A stretch of DNA of 64,000 nt, taken from NCBI RefSeq assembly GCF_009914755.1, contig NC_060944.1. One strand, 5' to 3'. The notes beneath the pieces are model-generated. The model was not told the origin of the DNA. It did no database searches and saw only the letters and a program-made list of their open reading frames with translations. This DNA comes from the human T2T-CHM13v2.0 reference genome, Homo sapiens. Both the position numbers and the translations under genes were made by a program. Every line of letters starts with the position of its first letter. Within the stretch, counting starts at the first letter, position 1. This document shows, piece after piece, positions 1 through 14,729 of the stretch.

Positions 1-312
1 CAATAAATTGTCCTTCTGCTGAGCTCAGGCAGAGGGGCTTCTTTCTCTTATAATGAAGACCTTTGATTGATAAGGGTCCTTCTCCCTCACAGACAAGGAC
101 ACCAGTGAGGAGAGTGGCTCTGCCCAAGGACACCTGCAAGCCGGTGCCTTGTCCTGCTGGTTCCCAATCAGTGCACTTCCTTGTTTGGAGTAAATTGATA
201 TAGTACAAGAGAGATTCAAGGAAAAGATGGAATTTTAGCAGTTCACTACAGAGAGCCTGTAACTTAAATAGGAGAGTTGAGTAGGAATTTTAGGTTTGGA
301 ACCAAGAACCTT

Positions 313-865
313 CACTCATTCCCTTGCTTGGTCATTTCATTAAGACTGAGTGTTTACCACTTCCTGGGCTCTGTGCTAAGTACTTGAGATGTGAATGTAA
401 GGAGTCTTTTAAGGAGCTTCCTGTCTATGGGGGAGACATGCAGATACAATAAAATGCCACCAGTCGTATAGCAAAACTCGCAGAAGGTACTGTGGGAGCA
501 CAGAAGGGGAGCAGTTAACCTAAAACCAAAAGGAGCAATCTTGGAGAACTTCTTGAAGCAGGTGGCACTTCAGTTTAATTTTTTAAGAATAAACAGGAAT
601 TAGACAAATGAAGGGTGACAGGAAAGACAAGATAGACTGGAGAGGCCACATACACAAAGGCCGATGGCAGGAGAAATGTTAGGTGTTTGAGGAACTGCAA
701 GTAATTTGGGGTGTATTAGACCAGTGAGGAAAAAAATAGACCCGTGAACAACCTTTAGCATTAAAAAATTTAATTTTATCCTGAAGACAGTAAGGAATGG
801 TCAACAGGAAGTAACATGATCAGATTTGCAGTAGTGTAGAAAATAGATTGGAGACAACTATTGGT
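313..865 (-). mobile_element. L2 LINE fragment (3' end)
   Basis: CACTCATTC...GAGTGTTTACCAC..GGGCTCTGTGCTAAG pattern typical of the reverse-complement L2 3' end, followed by purine-rich L2-like body. Confidence 0.65.
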
Positions 866-869
866 TAAA

Positions 870-2244
870 CATAGTGCATTATATATGTGTTTATCTTTGT
901 TCTCTCCAAAAATCCACGGAAATGATAATAACATAAAAAAAGTCATTAATCTGCAAGTACAGACAGAATGGAACAATAGCGGGCAGATGAGAGGTGTCAA
1001 CTCAGTTGTACAAGATGTCAAGTGGATGGAAGGGTGATACCTCATCAGTGAACTAGAGACAGTGGGATCCCTGCTTCTGCAGGATGGGAAAGGTGAGACA
1101 CCAACTAGAAGCAAGCTGATTCACATTGAGAAACCTTGAAAGCTTCAGAAATCAGGGTGCCAGATATCCATAAATGTACAGACTTGGGAAAGGCTGAAAA
1201 CAGAAGAATAAGTTGTTTATTAGGAACAATTACGTAAACTTCTAGATATGCTCTCTTCCCATACCACACAGTCAGGAAACCAGCCTGCACCCCAAACCTA
1301 GCAGAACTCTGAAGGCACATTTTCTGAGTTGAACTAGAAACATTCTGACTCAGGCATCAGCCGAGGTGAGGATGCTGGATGAGGCATCACATTACAATAG
1401 TGGGAGTAAGTGAAACTCTACATACTGAATGGTGAGACCCCTGCCTAGCACCCAGAAATGAAAGCCAGACCTGTACTCTCTAGGTAGGAAGTTGGAGGAG
1501 TGGAGGAGTCCTTTTGGGAGAAACCAATCTGCTCAAAACAAAAGGCCTACATAATGTTGACATTGGAGGTCCCCTGAGAGATTGCTAGATCCCTGCCTGC
1601 CCACTCTGCAGTGAAACCCTGAAGGAAATAGTCTCATCCTTCACAGAAACAGAGCTTTCAGTCAACATTTTAGTTCCTCACTCAAATATGAAAAAACAAC
1701 AAGGGATCATTAGGCACTTGAAAGGGAATGGCAGAAACCAAAGTGGAAAAGCAGGACAAAAAGGAATTTTAAACAAACAGAGACAGCGTGGAGCACATAT
1801 GAAACATCAAGAAAAGGATAAGTGATAGCTTCAGGTCTAGGAGAAGTTGTTGCACCCATGGAACAAGAACAGCATGCTGTATAAAAAGAACATTCAGAGA
1901 ACACAATAGAGCTCTTGGAAATAAAAATATGTAATAGCAAAAACAAAAAATCCAAAAAAATAGTGCCAACATAAAGTTGAGGAAATCTCCCGGAAAATAG
2001 AATAAAACTACAATGGATGGAATAAAGTAGGGGGAAAAAAATAAGAAAATTAGAGGACTGGTCTGTGCAATCTAAAACCCAGATAAATAAAAGTTATAGA
2101 AGCAAAACAAAACAAAAAACAGTAAATGGAAGAGGAGATGAAATTATCAAAGAAAAATACAAGAAAATATCCAGCTCATAAATATGAGTTGACTACTTTG
2201 AAAGGGCTCATTGAGTGCCCATCACCATGAATTGTAAAAGACCC
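870..2244 (+). mobile_element. Old L1M (L1ME/MD-like) 5'UTR/ORF1 fragment
   Basis: A-rich sequence with decayed ORF1 signature AAAATTAGAGGAC...GAAATTATCAAAGAAAAATACAAGAAAAT...GAAAGGGCTCATTGAGTGCC. Confidence 0.65.
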
Positions 2245-2278
2245 TAATAATATAATATATAATATAATAATATAATAA
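2245..2278. repeat. (TAATA)n AT-rich microsatellite
   Basis: TAATAATATAATATATAATATAATAATATAATAA. Confidence 0.85.
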
Positions 2279-2289
2279 ACATCACTCCT

Positions 2290-2900
2290 CTTTAAAAGAA
2301 TGAGATTCTTAGAGAAGTGGATAATTCTAAGTCTGGGGCAGGAAATGCACAAGATGGAACATTATATCAAACCAAATAGCAAAACAGTCATGGAAGTAAG
2401 TCTGTTTGGGTCATGTCAGTGGGACTCAGGAGCCAATTTGGAGAGATTCCCACTGGCCAGAGGTGTAATGATTTGAGCATCACTTAGAATAATGACTGTA
2501 ATGAATCAGACATGTTTCAAACCACGAGTCTATTATGATGCCTAAAAAAAGAAGTCATTGGCCACCTTTGGAAGATGCTAGGAAATCAACTCATTATTTT
2601 GAAAGCTGATAAATAACAAGAAAGAATCAAGCATTTATTTTGTCTTTCATGTAAAACTGTAGTTCAAGTAACCAAACAGTTGATGAGAGAAGGTTTCTCT
2701 TTATACAAGTATTTCAACTCATAAACAAAGAAGGAATGAAAACAAATGTGAACTTCACCACACTGCATCTCCTGGTGACATAAAGGATCTGGGCCAAGAT
2801 CACTGATTATTGCTAACACCAAAAGGAGTGACAAGCAGACATTTGTGCTTCCTGGTGGAAGTACACACCACCACCTGTGAGGCCCTATTGCCAAACCCCC
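2290..2900 (+). mobile_element. Old L1M (L1MC/ME-like) 3' region fragment
   Basis: Motifs TCTGGGGCAGGAAATG, GGGACTCAGGAGCC, AAGTAACCAAA, GTACACACCACCACCTGTGA resemble L1MC4/ME 3' consensus. Confidence 0.55.
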
Positions 2901-3617
2901 TCTCCTGCTGGCACAAATCAGGCAGTAAAAAGCTAGCTTCTTTTTTTTTTTTTTCCTGGGCATTTAAGCCAGAAGAGAATATGTTTTGCAGAGGCTCAGT
3001 TTACACTGAATGCAAGGACCGGGGATCTGGTATAAAGGTTTTTGCAAGTGATGGATTTAATACTTAATGACTGATACAGAGCCTCTAAGCAAAATTTCCT
3101 GAATCTCTGCCCAGAAGAAATGTTGGAGGTTTAACCCAGCTGTCCATCTGTCATGTGGACCGTCTCTGCAGTCCCTCAGGCAGATCCTGAGGGGAGGGAT
3201 GTGAAGGGGCTGGGAAAAGGGTGTGCAGCCTCCTGGGTAGGATCTTTGCAGCAGCTGCCCTTTCCTGCCTTCCCGTGGGAGGCAGTGCTGGAAGCTGCAC
3301 AGCATCTCCTTTCACTTCTGAGGGCTTTCAGAGATGGAGGCCACACAGGCTCAGGGACATTAATTCCAGGTCTCGCCATGTCCTCGACAGCCAAGTTTTT
3401 TTTTTTTTTTTTATTATACTCTAAGTTTTAGGGTACATGTGCACATTGTGCAGGTTAGTTACATATGTATACATGTGCCATGCTGGTGCGCTGCACCCAC
3501 TAACGTGTCATCTAGCATTAGGTATATCTCCCAATGCTATCCCTCCCCCCTCCCCCGACCCCACCACAGTCCCCAGAGTGTGATATTCCCCTTCCTGTGT
3601 CCATGTGATCTCATTGT

Positions 3618-5032
<1,415 letters not shown>

Positions 5033-5133
5033 TGAGTTTTGAGTTTCTTCAACAGCTGAGCCTGAACAAGGGCTTCAGTTTAGGAGGAGGAGACAGGAAG
5101 CAAGGTAAGCAAATGAGACAGGAGAGCTAATAT

Positions 5134-5471
5134 TGTTGCAGGACTTCTTCCTTAGTTCAGCTAAAGATGTGGATCCTTATCACACGCCCATGAAAATTTA
5201 GGCTTGCAGACGATTTGAAGAGTGAGAAAAACGGGATTTACTGGGCAAAAAGGAAAAAAAAGTGGGGGGACAGAGACTCTTAGCAAAGCAAGAGAGTGTG
5301 CTTTTTGGCCATGGGCTTCGCGCCTCACAGCTTAAATTCCAGGTTCAACACAGGAAGAAGAGGGGCCAGGCTTCTCCCTTCTGCAAAATGCACGAACTTC
5401 CGGAGCCTCCACCCCAGTGGCACAGGCTGGTTAGAGTTTTGCCAGGGAACCCTTCGCACCTGGCTGTCTCA
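5134..5471 (-). mobile_element. Solo LTR, ERV1 class (subfamily not assigned)
   Basis: TG...CA termini (TGTTGCAGGAC...GGCTGTCTCA), 338 bp, flanked by 4-bp near-TSD ATAT (5130-5133)/ATAC (5472-5475). Confidence 0.75.
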
Positions 5472-6100
5472 ATACAAGATGTGTCAGGGAGCGAGTTACC
5501 ACTGTGGGCACCGGGAACCTCCGGGAGATTGTGAGGAACACGCCTCAGCCTCAGAGTTGTCCCATCCGGGACAAAGAAGTGGGAGTCTCTTTCCCCCAGT
5601 GCTTGAGGGTCACTCCTGGGGTGCTGACTCTCTGGCAGTTCTGGTCGATCCTACTGAGTGTGTTCTCTGGCCAGAGAACACATGCAGACTGGGTAGAGCT
5701 GTCTGCAGGTAATCTCTGAGGGAATCTAAGTCTCCCCCACATGGCCAGTAAATGGCAGAGCTCAGAGCAGAACCAGACCATCTTGGCCACAGTGCTGTGC
5801 TTGTAGCCTCCGCACTAAACAGGTGTTGGGTTTTTTAAATAAAGCTCAGATCTGGAACTTGGGGAGAGAGGGCAGGCTGCTACTGGCTAGACGTGCCTTT
5901 GTCAAGCAGGTAGTGACACAGGTATTGTGTGTTGGGAGAGCAAGCAGTTACGGGAGTAGGGCTGCACCTCCATGGTTCTGGCCTGATGTATCCCAGAAAG
6001 AACTGAGGATGCTTGTGATCAGTGGGGCTGTCAGGAACCTGGCATCTGACCTGGGCTATCCTGCTCTCAACATCTTCTGTAGTTTTGTTGAAAATGCTGA

Positions 6101-6275
6101 CGGTCATTCTCAACCCTGGCTGCACATTAAGGTCACCTGGAGAACTTTAAAAAATACTGATGCCTCTGTTCCTTCCGCAGAGTGAGGTAAGTAATTGGTC
6201 TGCAGTGAGTCCTGGCAGGGGGAGCTTTAAAAATCTCCCCAGGTGTTTCCAATGAGCAGCCACAGCTTATAAGAA
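6101..6275. mobile_element. MER5A (hAT-Charlie MITE)
   Basis: TTCTCAACCCTGGCTGCACATTAAGGTCACCTGGAGAACTTTAAAAAATACTGATGCC...CTCCCCAGGTGTTTCCAATG..CAGCC. Confidence 0.8.
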
Positions 6276-7329
6276 AGTTCTAAAAGCTTAAGCAGGAAGC
6301 TTCTATTGCAAGAAAGTATTATTTTAGCAATCAGGAAGGAATTTCTCACCTCTTTACAAAACCCCACCCAGTGAGTTGGGGGAAGAACGAGCCCCCATAG
6401 AAGGATGTGTGAGTGAGCCCTTTTGCCTGCAGGCCTCTGATGGAATAAGAGAGTTACACATAAGTGTAATTGATTAGTAATTGATAAAGTTAGGAAGTCG
6501 CTTATCAGTGTCACCTCCTGGCCATAAAACTCTGCTGATCAGTGATGCTACTTTAATTCCCAAGCTTCAGTTTTCACATTTATAAATGAACATATTCATG
6601 TGGCCTGAGCAAACTCCTATGGCTGGGCACCTGGCATGCTCAGGGCAGACACACTGGCAGCTCTTGCCCCGCATCCAGCCGGTCTGGCCAAGAGTGGTTC
6701 AGTGTTCTGGGCCACAACTAAGGTGCTTTAGCAGAACAGGGAATGTTCGATTTTCTCAGCCCTACTGGTCATCCAGATGTTGTGGGAGGGAGACATTTGA
6801 GGGGCTGAGCTCAGAAGGGGCCATCTCCCTTCCTCTAGCTTTTCCTGCTTTCCCGCTCAGCCCCAACTGCAGAAACTGAATCCTAGCAGCAGGGTGAGTG
6901 CAAAGTGATAAGGGGCCTTTGCTCGGTCTGAAAAAGATGGCTGTGGTAATTAGGACAAAAGAAAATGTAGCTAGGCCATTTAAAAACTTTGCAGGATGCT
7001 TTCCTTCCCAAAGAATGAGCTAAGCAGGAGCCCCCGGGAGGTGTTTTTAATGGGGCTAAGCAGCAGGAGGGTTTGCAGAATTGTTTTCTCTGCTCCCAGG
7101 GGTTCTGTTTCTGTTTTGGTATAGGCACCGAACTTATTGGTTTTCCAGAGCTCCATTTGTTGTTATTAATAACACAGCATCATCCAGAGCTTGAGCAAAG
7201 GCAGGCAGCAAGGAAGCAGGAATCCTGATATTTAGAGAGGGCTGCATGTTTAGAGACATCCCTGCCCAGCCCCCACAGTAGGTTGGTTCTCTGGACATTG
7301 AGGGTGCCAGGTCCTGACAGTGCACTCAG

Positions 7330-7720
7330 GATTTGAAGCCAGGTCTTCCTGGGGAGCTTACTGTTTAGTGCAGGATGCCAGGTTTGTCGGTAGTCAGCAG
7401 TTCATGTCCCACAACAGAGTGCATGATACGATGGAGGTAGGCACCCAAGCCTGGAGGGGTAGGGGAGGGGTGTGCAGGAAAGGAGTTTGTCTCACAAAGA
7501 GTCTTGTCTGAGATACGTTTAAAGGAAGTGAAGTTATGAAGCATGAAAAGGAAGGAATCCCTTAATGGTGGGAGGAACCACATGAGCCATAGCAGAGCGA
7601 AGAGGAAAGGCATGGTGTGATCTAGAAACAGTAGACAAGTGGGGGTGGCTGGTGCAAGGGAGGCCAGGGGTGACAAGATATAAAGCTGAGAGATTAAGCA
7701 GAAACCAAATACCCAAGACA
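7330..7720 (-). mobile_element. L2 fragment
   Basis: Purine-rich GGAGGAACCACATGAGC...GGCATGGTGTGATCTAGAAAC...GTGGCTGG L2-like body. Confidence 0.5.
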
Positions 7721-7953
7721 ATTTCCTGGGTCCAGGAGCATAGACTTGACTCCAACTCCTTCCAGCTTTTCATTTTGAAACGTACAAATCTACAGAAAAG
7801 TTTCAAGAATAGTACCATAAATAACTGCACATTCTACACATGGATTCCCAACTTGTTAACAGGTGCCACATTGGTCTTCTCTTCCTCTCTGTATATTTTT
7901 GCCAAAACTTTGAAAATAGGTTATAGACATGATGACTAAATAATTGAGCATGG

Positions 7954-8299
7954 GGCCGGGTGCAGTGGCTCATGCCAGTAATCCCAGCATTTTGGGAGGC
8001 TGAGGCGGGTGAATCATTTAAGGTCAGGAGTTCAAGACCAGCCTGGCCAACATGGTGAAACCCCAGCTCTACTAAAAATACAAAAATTAGCCGAGTGGTA
8101 GTGGTGTGTGCCTGTAATCCCAGCTACTTGGGAGGCTGAGGCAGAATCGCTTGAGCCTGGGAGGCAGAGGTTGTGGAGCCAAGAGCCTAGGTTGTGGAGC
8201 CAAAAGGCTTGAGCCTGGGAGCCAAGATTGTGCCACAGCACTCCAGCCTGGGCAACAGAGTGAGACCCTTTCTCAAAAAAAAAAAAACAAAAAAAAAAA
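7954..8299 (+). mobile_element. AluS with internally rearranged right arm
   Basis: GGCCGGGTGCAGTGGCTCA start, dimer structure, poly(A); TSD core TTGAGCAT at 7944-7951 and 8301-8308; extra duplicated segments 8149-8221. Confidence 0.93.
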
Positions 8300-8550
8300 C
8301 TTGAGCATAGGTCTCTAGGAGAAAAAGACATTATCTTACATAACCACAATGTCACTGCTATTCTATGGAATTGAACACTGAAAATATATTGAACGTATTA
8401 TCTGACACTCATTCTATAGTTAAATTTTCTGAATTATCCCACAAAGGAACTTTATAGGTCTCCTGTTCTTTATGGAGAGTCTGATCAAGGAAGACATAAG
8501 AACACTAATGGCCAATACCCGCAAAACATACCCGCTAATAAAAATTTTTG

Positions 8551-8844
<294 letters not shown>

Positions 8845-10553
8845 TTAATTACTGGGGACATTGGCTCTTTTATCTCTTTTAATGACCAGCCCCCGGCCTT
8901 TTTGTTGTTACTGTTGCTTTGTTTTTCTTGACATTATCATCCGTTAAGAGTACAGGCCAGTCACTTTGTAGAATGTCCCTCAGTGTGAGGTTTGTGCAAT
9001 TGTTCACTCATTATTAGATTAAGGTCAAACATTTTTGGCAAAAGTACCACATGGGAGAGGTGGTGGCCTTCCCGTTGCATCGGTTCCAGAGGTTCATGGT
9101 GCCAGCTTGTCCCAGTATTGCTGTCCTAAGTTGTCCGCTTGATGTCTCTACAGTTTTTCCATTTTAAAGATATATCTTACTCTTCATAATTAAGGGAGAT
9201 TTTACAGTTCTATCTTCCATTCTCCATTTGTAGCTTGACATGCTTCTCTGAAGAGAAACTCCCACCACACACTTCTTTAAATTATCACTGTAGACTCCTG
9301 GGATTCATTTTTTATTCAATGCATTATAATTCATTAGTGTCATTCCTTATGCATGTTGGTGCTCAAATTGTCCCAAATTGGGCCAGTGGTTGCTCCTTCA
9401 AGCCAGCTCATGTGCCTTGGATGGTCCTTACTCAGTTTTGCGCACTTCCAGGCTTCCTGCCTAACTTTGTGCTTTCTTGCCCTGAACTTGGAATTACACT
9501 TTTCCAGAGAGCCCTAGTTCCTTTTAGTGAGGAATAATCACTAGAAACCCAGGTCCATGTGCTAACTGTGCTTTATTGCTACCGAAATATCGCTGCTTCT
9601 AGGCCCTTCAAGTGGAAAGTGCTTAGAAATGTGTATTTTCCCAAACTTACTAGTTTATGCCAATAACACCAATTCAACATGAGATTCTTCCTCACTTCCT
9701 CCCATTCCATATCCCTACATTGGTTCTCAAATATATGAATATATTTACTTATTTGTGCTCTGTATTACAATATACACAAGGTTGTTTCCAGATTACTGTA
9801 TAGGTAACACCACCACCAACAGCAAACTTACCAGGTAAAATGTAAGATTTCTTGGAGCTATTTTCTGTCTTAGAACATGTCCCACTATGGGCGTACACTC
9901 AGAGGACTGTGTTTAAAATTACTTAAATATATTATTTGTGGTTAGATTCAATTGTTTATATACAACTTTAGGCTTGTTTATCTTTGAATTTATTTTTTGG
10001 AAATGCAAAATGCTTACATTTCAAAAAGTCAACACTATATAAAATTGTTTATCTAGCCAGTGTCCTAGGGATAGGCACTTGGATTGTTTCCAATACTTTG
10101 CTATCACAAATAATGCTGTGGTCAGTTATTTTGATGCATGGATGTATTTTCGAGGTAAACTCCTGAAAATGAGATTGCTGCATTGAAGGGCACATGTGTG
10201 TCATTTTGTGAGATGTTGCCACATTCCACTCACTACCGGCTGTACCATTTGAGTTTGTATTGGTTCTCTTGGGGAATGGATTTGAGAGGAAATGAGGTTG
10301 GACCTAGGAGCATGGGTCAGGAGGCTACTGCGGCCATCCAGGTGGGTGATGACGAATACCTGAACCACAACAGTGGGACTGGGGAGTGAGAGGAGGGGCC
10401 AGGCTAGAGGCTTGGCCCTTGATTGGACATGAGCAGCAAGGGCATAAAAAAGAACAGAGAACAAAGGAATAAAAAGATTCCCAGGTGAATGCGTGAAGGG
10501 GAAGCAGGCAGTTTGGTGTCCACACTAGGACAGGAAATACAAGGGTGAAGAAG

Positions 10554-10677
10554 ATATGCATGTATGTGTGTATGCCTGTGTGTGCGTGTGTGTGTGCATG
10601 TGTGTGTGTGCGTGTGTCTCTGTGTGCATGTGTATGCATATGTGTGCACACGTGTAGGTGTGTGTGCATGCACGCGC
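10554..10677. repeat. Degenerate (TG)/(CATG) alternating purine-pyrimidine tract
   Basis: ~120 bp of TGTGTG/TGCATG/CGTG units. Confidence 0.9.
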
Positions 10678-13600
10678 AGGAATGAATGCCATCTGAACAC
10701 GTGGAGTTTGGGAAGCAGATGCCCAGGAAGCCTGGAACACCAGGTGAGGTGGGGCTGGCAGCAGTGAGACACCGGCATGAAAAAAGCAGCAAAAGCCATG
10801 ATCGTGGATGAGATCAGTACACACATCATAGTGTCCCCAGACTCGGACACACAGGGAAAATGGTGCATCTGCTTTACTTTTGTCGGGTGAACAAGTGAAC
10901 TCATTGCTTTAAATTTCAAGGTATTTCATCTGAAGAGGCATCTGGAGGCTGAAAAAAATATATTGAGCATATTATGTAAAAATGCAAATACTGTTTAGAA
11001 AGAAATCGATTTTATGTTTCTTGACTTTTCAAATACCATTTGCGCTTTAGTGTTCCACTGGGGGCTGGGGGAAAAGGTAGGTGGATGCAGCCTTGGCCCC
11101 AAAAATGAGGTGTGAAGACGCTCCCTGTGAAACAAGCTGCTATCGGGAACCCGGAGTCCATTCCCACTGCCGTGCCTCTGCCTATTACAGGCCCCGCCCT
11201 CCGACTTGTCCTCCTCCCAGGCCTGTCCTGGGCTGACCCAGAGAGGATAAAGATCTCTCCTGGAAAAAAGTATTTGCTGGAGGCTGGGAGGAGGGACTCC
11301 AGGCAGTGGGAACCAGTGGGACCTGTAGAGGTTGTCTGGAAAGGGGCTTTTATCTCCCGTCAGGGAACAGGCTCTTCATTTCCAGAGGATAGTTTATGTT
11401 TCGCTCTGTGTATTCATGCACAACTTTAATATCAGTGGATTAATCCACAGTTTTAGAAGCTTATCAATAATTCTGCTGTCCACACACATATAACAAAACA
11501 GCACATTTGCAGTAACACATCAGGGATCTTGCGTTGCTGTGCTCCTCATATTTGAATTACTCAGATAATTGGAAGTCCAACGTTTGGTTTGGACTTATTT
11601 CAGTGCAGTCTTTTGAAAATATGTTCTTGCCACCTTGCACTGTGTCTCGTGCACATTCCTCAGCCGTCTCTCCATGCAGTAGCAGCAGCATGAGCCCGGT
11701 CTGGTTGTGGGTATTGCAGTTGCTGTTTGTTCCCTTCACGGGTGGCCGTCAGCTTCTACTTCTGTTACCTTCTGGTTTGCCTCAACCAGCTCATTTCACA
11801 CCAGTACAATTCAATCAGTGTGCTTATTGTTTGCTAGCTTAAACATTCACTGAGCTTGGACACAGCACTCAATCGACACCGTGTTAATACTGTGTGTTAA
11901 GTAGGAGTCATTAGACTCTGAGGGACTTCTCAAAAATAAATGTCTGACTGGAGTTCAGGGCACTGTCAGCAAGGGCTGCGAAATTCTAAAATGGGAACAA
12001 GGATGTGGAGGAAGTTCCACATTTGCATGTTGGTGTCTAACCACTGGTACTTGCAACAGACATTATTTTCCCCAAAATGATAAAACTGCCAGAGCCACTG
12101 AGCAAAGTAAGCTACAGTGTAATTGCTCATGTGAGTTCTCTCCTTTGAGTGGGCAGGATATGGCATGGACCATCCTTAATCCTCATCGGGGAGGCAGAAG
12201 AGAAGCAGCCCTAGATTGTAGTTCCGAGTTCTTACCCACTCCAGATTCCATCACTTCTTGGCCACGTGGTGTTGGGTACGTTGCAGCTTCCTTATCTACA
12301 CCTTCCTTTTCTCTAAAATTGTAGCTATTTAACCTGCCCTGCCCAGGAGGTGGGTGTGAAGAGGCTTTATGCAAGTAATGCAGTCTACAAACATAAACTG
12401 TCTTTATCAGTATCGATATCCTTACTTGCAAGTTGGGGATATGGCAAATGTGTAATAGACAAGTTGTGAATTGTGGTTTTGTCAGCTACAGCAAGCATGG
12501 GATGCCTTCTTTCCATCTTTAGGTTCTTCCCTCCCCCTCCAGTGTTTCTGCCCAGGAATTTAAAACAGAAATATAATGCTATTTTTTAGAAATCAGAAAT
12601 AATTTCCCCTCTGTACACTATTAGCAGCCAGAAACTTTCATTTCTCTGAAGGTTACTAAATGCAAAAGAGGTATGAACTGTGTTTAACAAAACAAAAGCA
12701 AGCAACTCAACTATCCTCACTGTTCACTCAACCATCCTCCACTATTCTCACCTTTACCTCTGTTATCATTGAGAAAAGAATTGATGTATTGGGTTGACCC
12801 AGAGGAGGCTGCTGATATTTGATCACTTCTGGCATGTCATTTTTGTATGCTCAACCTAATTATTTCTGAGAAAAGAGAATTACACCTTTGGTTCAGGATT
12901 ATCCAGGCAGCATTGCAGCATAATGCTGAAACTCTCATTTTTATGGTGCAAAGCCTTGAAAGAAGCCTATGGAAAGCGTGTGAGTAAATGCAGAGGTAAT
13001 ACACGCACTATCTCTAATACTTTGTATCTACCCCTCATTCAGGAGACACTGTTCTTTCTTGAGTCAAGCTTAGCCCGGGAAGGACACATATTTATGTGGA
13101 AGACGATGAGAGTTAGACTTGAATTTACTGTGTCATTTTAATAGACTGCTTCATCTACTTGACAATGAGGTTCTTCCAGGATTATCTTCGAAGCCCTGAT
13201 GATCTGCTAAATAAATAATGTTCTGGGCCGGCCGACTCTATATATGGTCATCCGAGAGGGCCATAAATCTGTGCTCCTAGGGTAGCAGGAGTTCAGTTGT
13301 CCCATTTTTATTTCTAACTGACCCATAAAAGGCATCTTCAGTGTTGCTGATTATGCTCTCGTCATTTGATTTGGAGTTATGTCACCCTAAAGCAGGGAGA
13401 ATTTCCTCACAATAAATCTCTCATTTTTAATCTCGAGCTACAGTGGGAAAGCCTGTCTGCACAGCTGAGAAAAAAAGAGGAGGGCCTGGGCTGTGATTTA
13501 ATAGGGTGAAGGGTGGGGAGGTAGCCACCCTAGGGGCTGCACAAAGGCATCTCTGGGGAAGCCGCTGGGAACTGAGTCCCAAGGGGGAGAGGGAAGGAAG

Positions 13601-13914
13601 GAGGAAGGGATTTGGTTTGATCTTTCTTCCCCAGCCCCCGACCCCACCCTAATACTATGTCTTTCTTTGAGCTAAGATTTGGCTCTTGCTGGGGTAAAGG
13701 CCACCTTTAGGGTTTGACTCCTTGGAGCCATCATCTCTGCTGGCACTGATCTTACAGACATGGCCAAAGACATCATTGTTCTTCTGTTTTCTGGGCTCAC
13801 TGAAGACAGACAAGGCTTAAAGCAGAGAAGATCAATAATCAAAACAGAGTTTTCCCTTGGCTCACCGCTCAGGCAGGTGCAATCTCCAGCCCGACCAAGG
13901 GTCTTGATGCCAAA

Positions 13915-14025
13915 AGAAAGAAAATAAAGGAAGGAGGGAAGTTGGGTGAGGAAGAGAAAAAATAGGGAGGGAGGAAAAGGAGGGAAAGGACCAGGGAGGG
14001 AAGGAGAGCAAGGGGGAAGGAAAGG
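13915..14025. repeat. GA-rich low-complexity purine tract
   Basis: ~110 bp almost entirely A/G (GGAAGGAGGGAAG...). Confidence 0.75.
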
Positions 14026-14189
14026 CCATTCTCCCAGTTTATTTATGTGGAATTTAAAAACAGAACGTGGACTATAGGATTTCTGTAGTCTTCAGGGAGA
14101 GTGCTAATGGGGAAAATAGTGCATAGAAATGCAGCTGATCCACACTAGCAGCCCTTCTCCCTTGAGATGCTCCTGCTGCAGCCTGTGAC

Positions 14190-14417
14190 CACATACTCAC
14201 ACACACATACACATTTGTATATGTGCACACTCAGTCAAATTCACACATGCATACAGGCCCATGCACAAGCACAGCTAGGTAGACTCACACACTTGCATGC
14301 ATGCACACACACACACACAGGCACTTGCACTCATGGACACACATGCACGTGCACACACATGCAGGTACACACTCACCTAGGGACACATGCACACACATAC
14401 GCAGACACGGTCACACC
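14190..14417. repeat. Degenerate (CA)n/CACATG tract
   Basis: Repeated CACACA/CATGCA units over ~230 bp. Confidence 0.85.
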
Positions 14418-14729
14418 CTACTCCATCCTGCCTGTTTTGAATTTTGGCCTTTGAGGTTGTTGATGACTTTGATCAGCGGTGGAGTCTGCACAAGGTCATG
14501 TCCTCCATCCTCTGCCTGCCCTCAGGACCCCAGCACAGACAGGTATCTCTGCTGGGGGCAAAAGGAGCACCTAGGCTTTGGGGTCAGGGCAGTAGAGCAG
14601 CTTTTATGCACCCTGGGAAGATGCTAACTGGCTGGTTGGCCAATGGGAAGGGAGTGTTGATGAGCACTACAGTGAGGACTCTGGTTCTGCCCTCAACCCA
14701 GCCCCATGTGACATCCCAAGGTCATCCCT

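Noticed and set aside
10325-10919. Overlapping 155/171-aa His/Thr-rich ORFs (also 14167-14627, 35878-36150, 53890-54186)
   Set aside because: Frames stay open because CA/TG microsatellites lack stop codons
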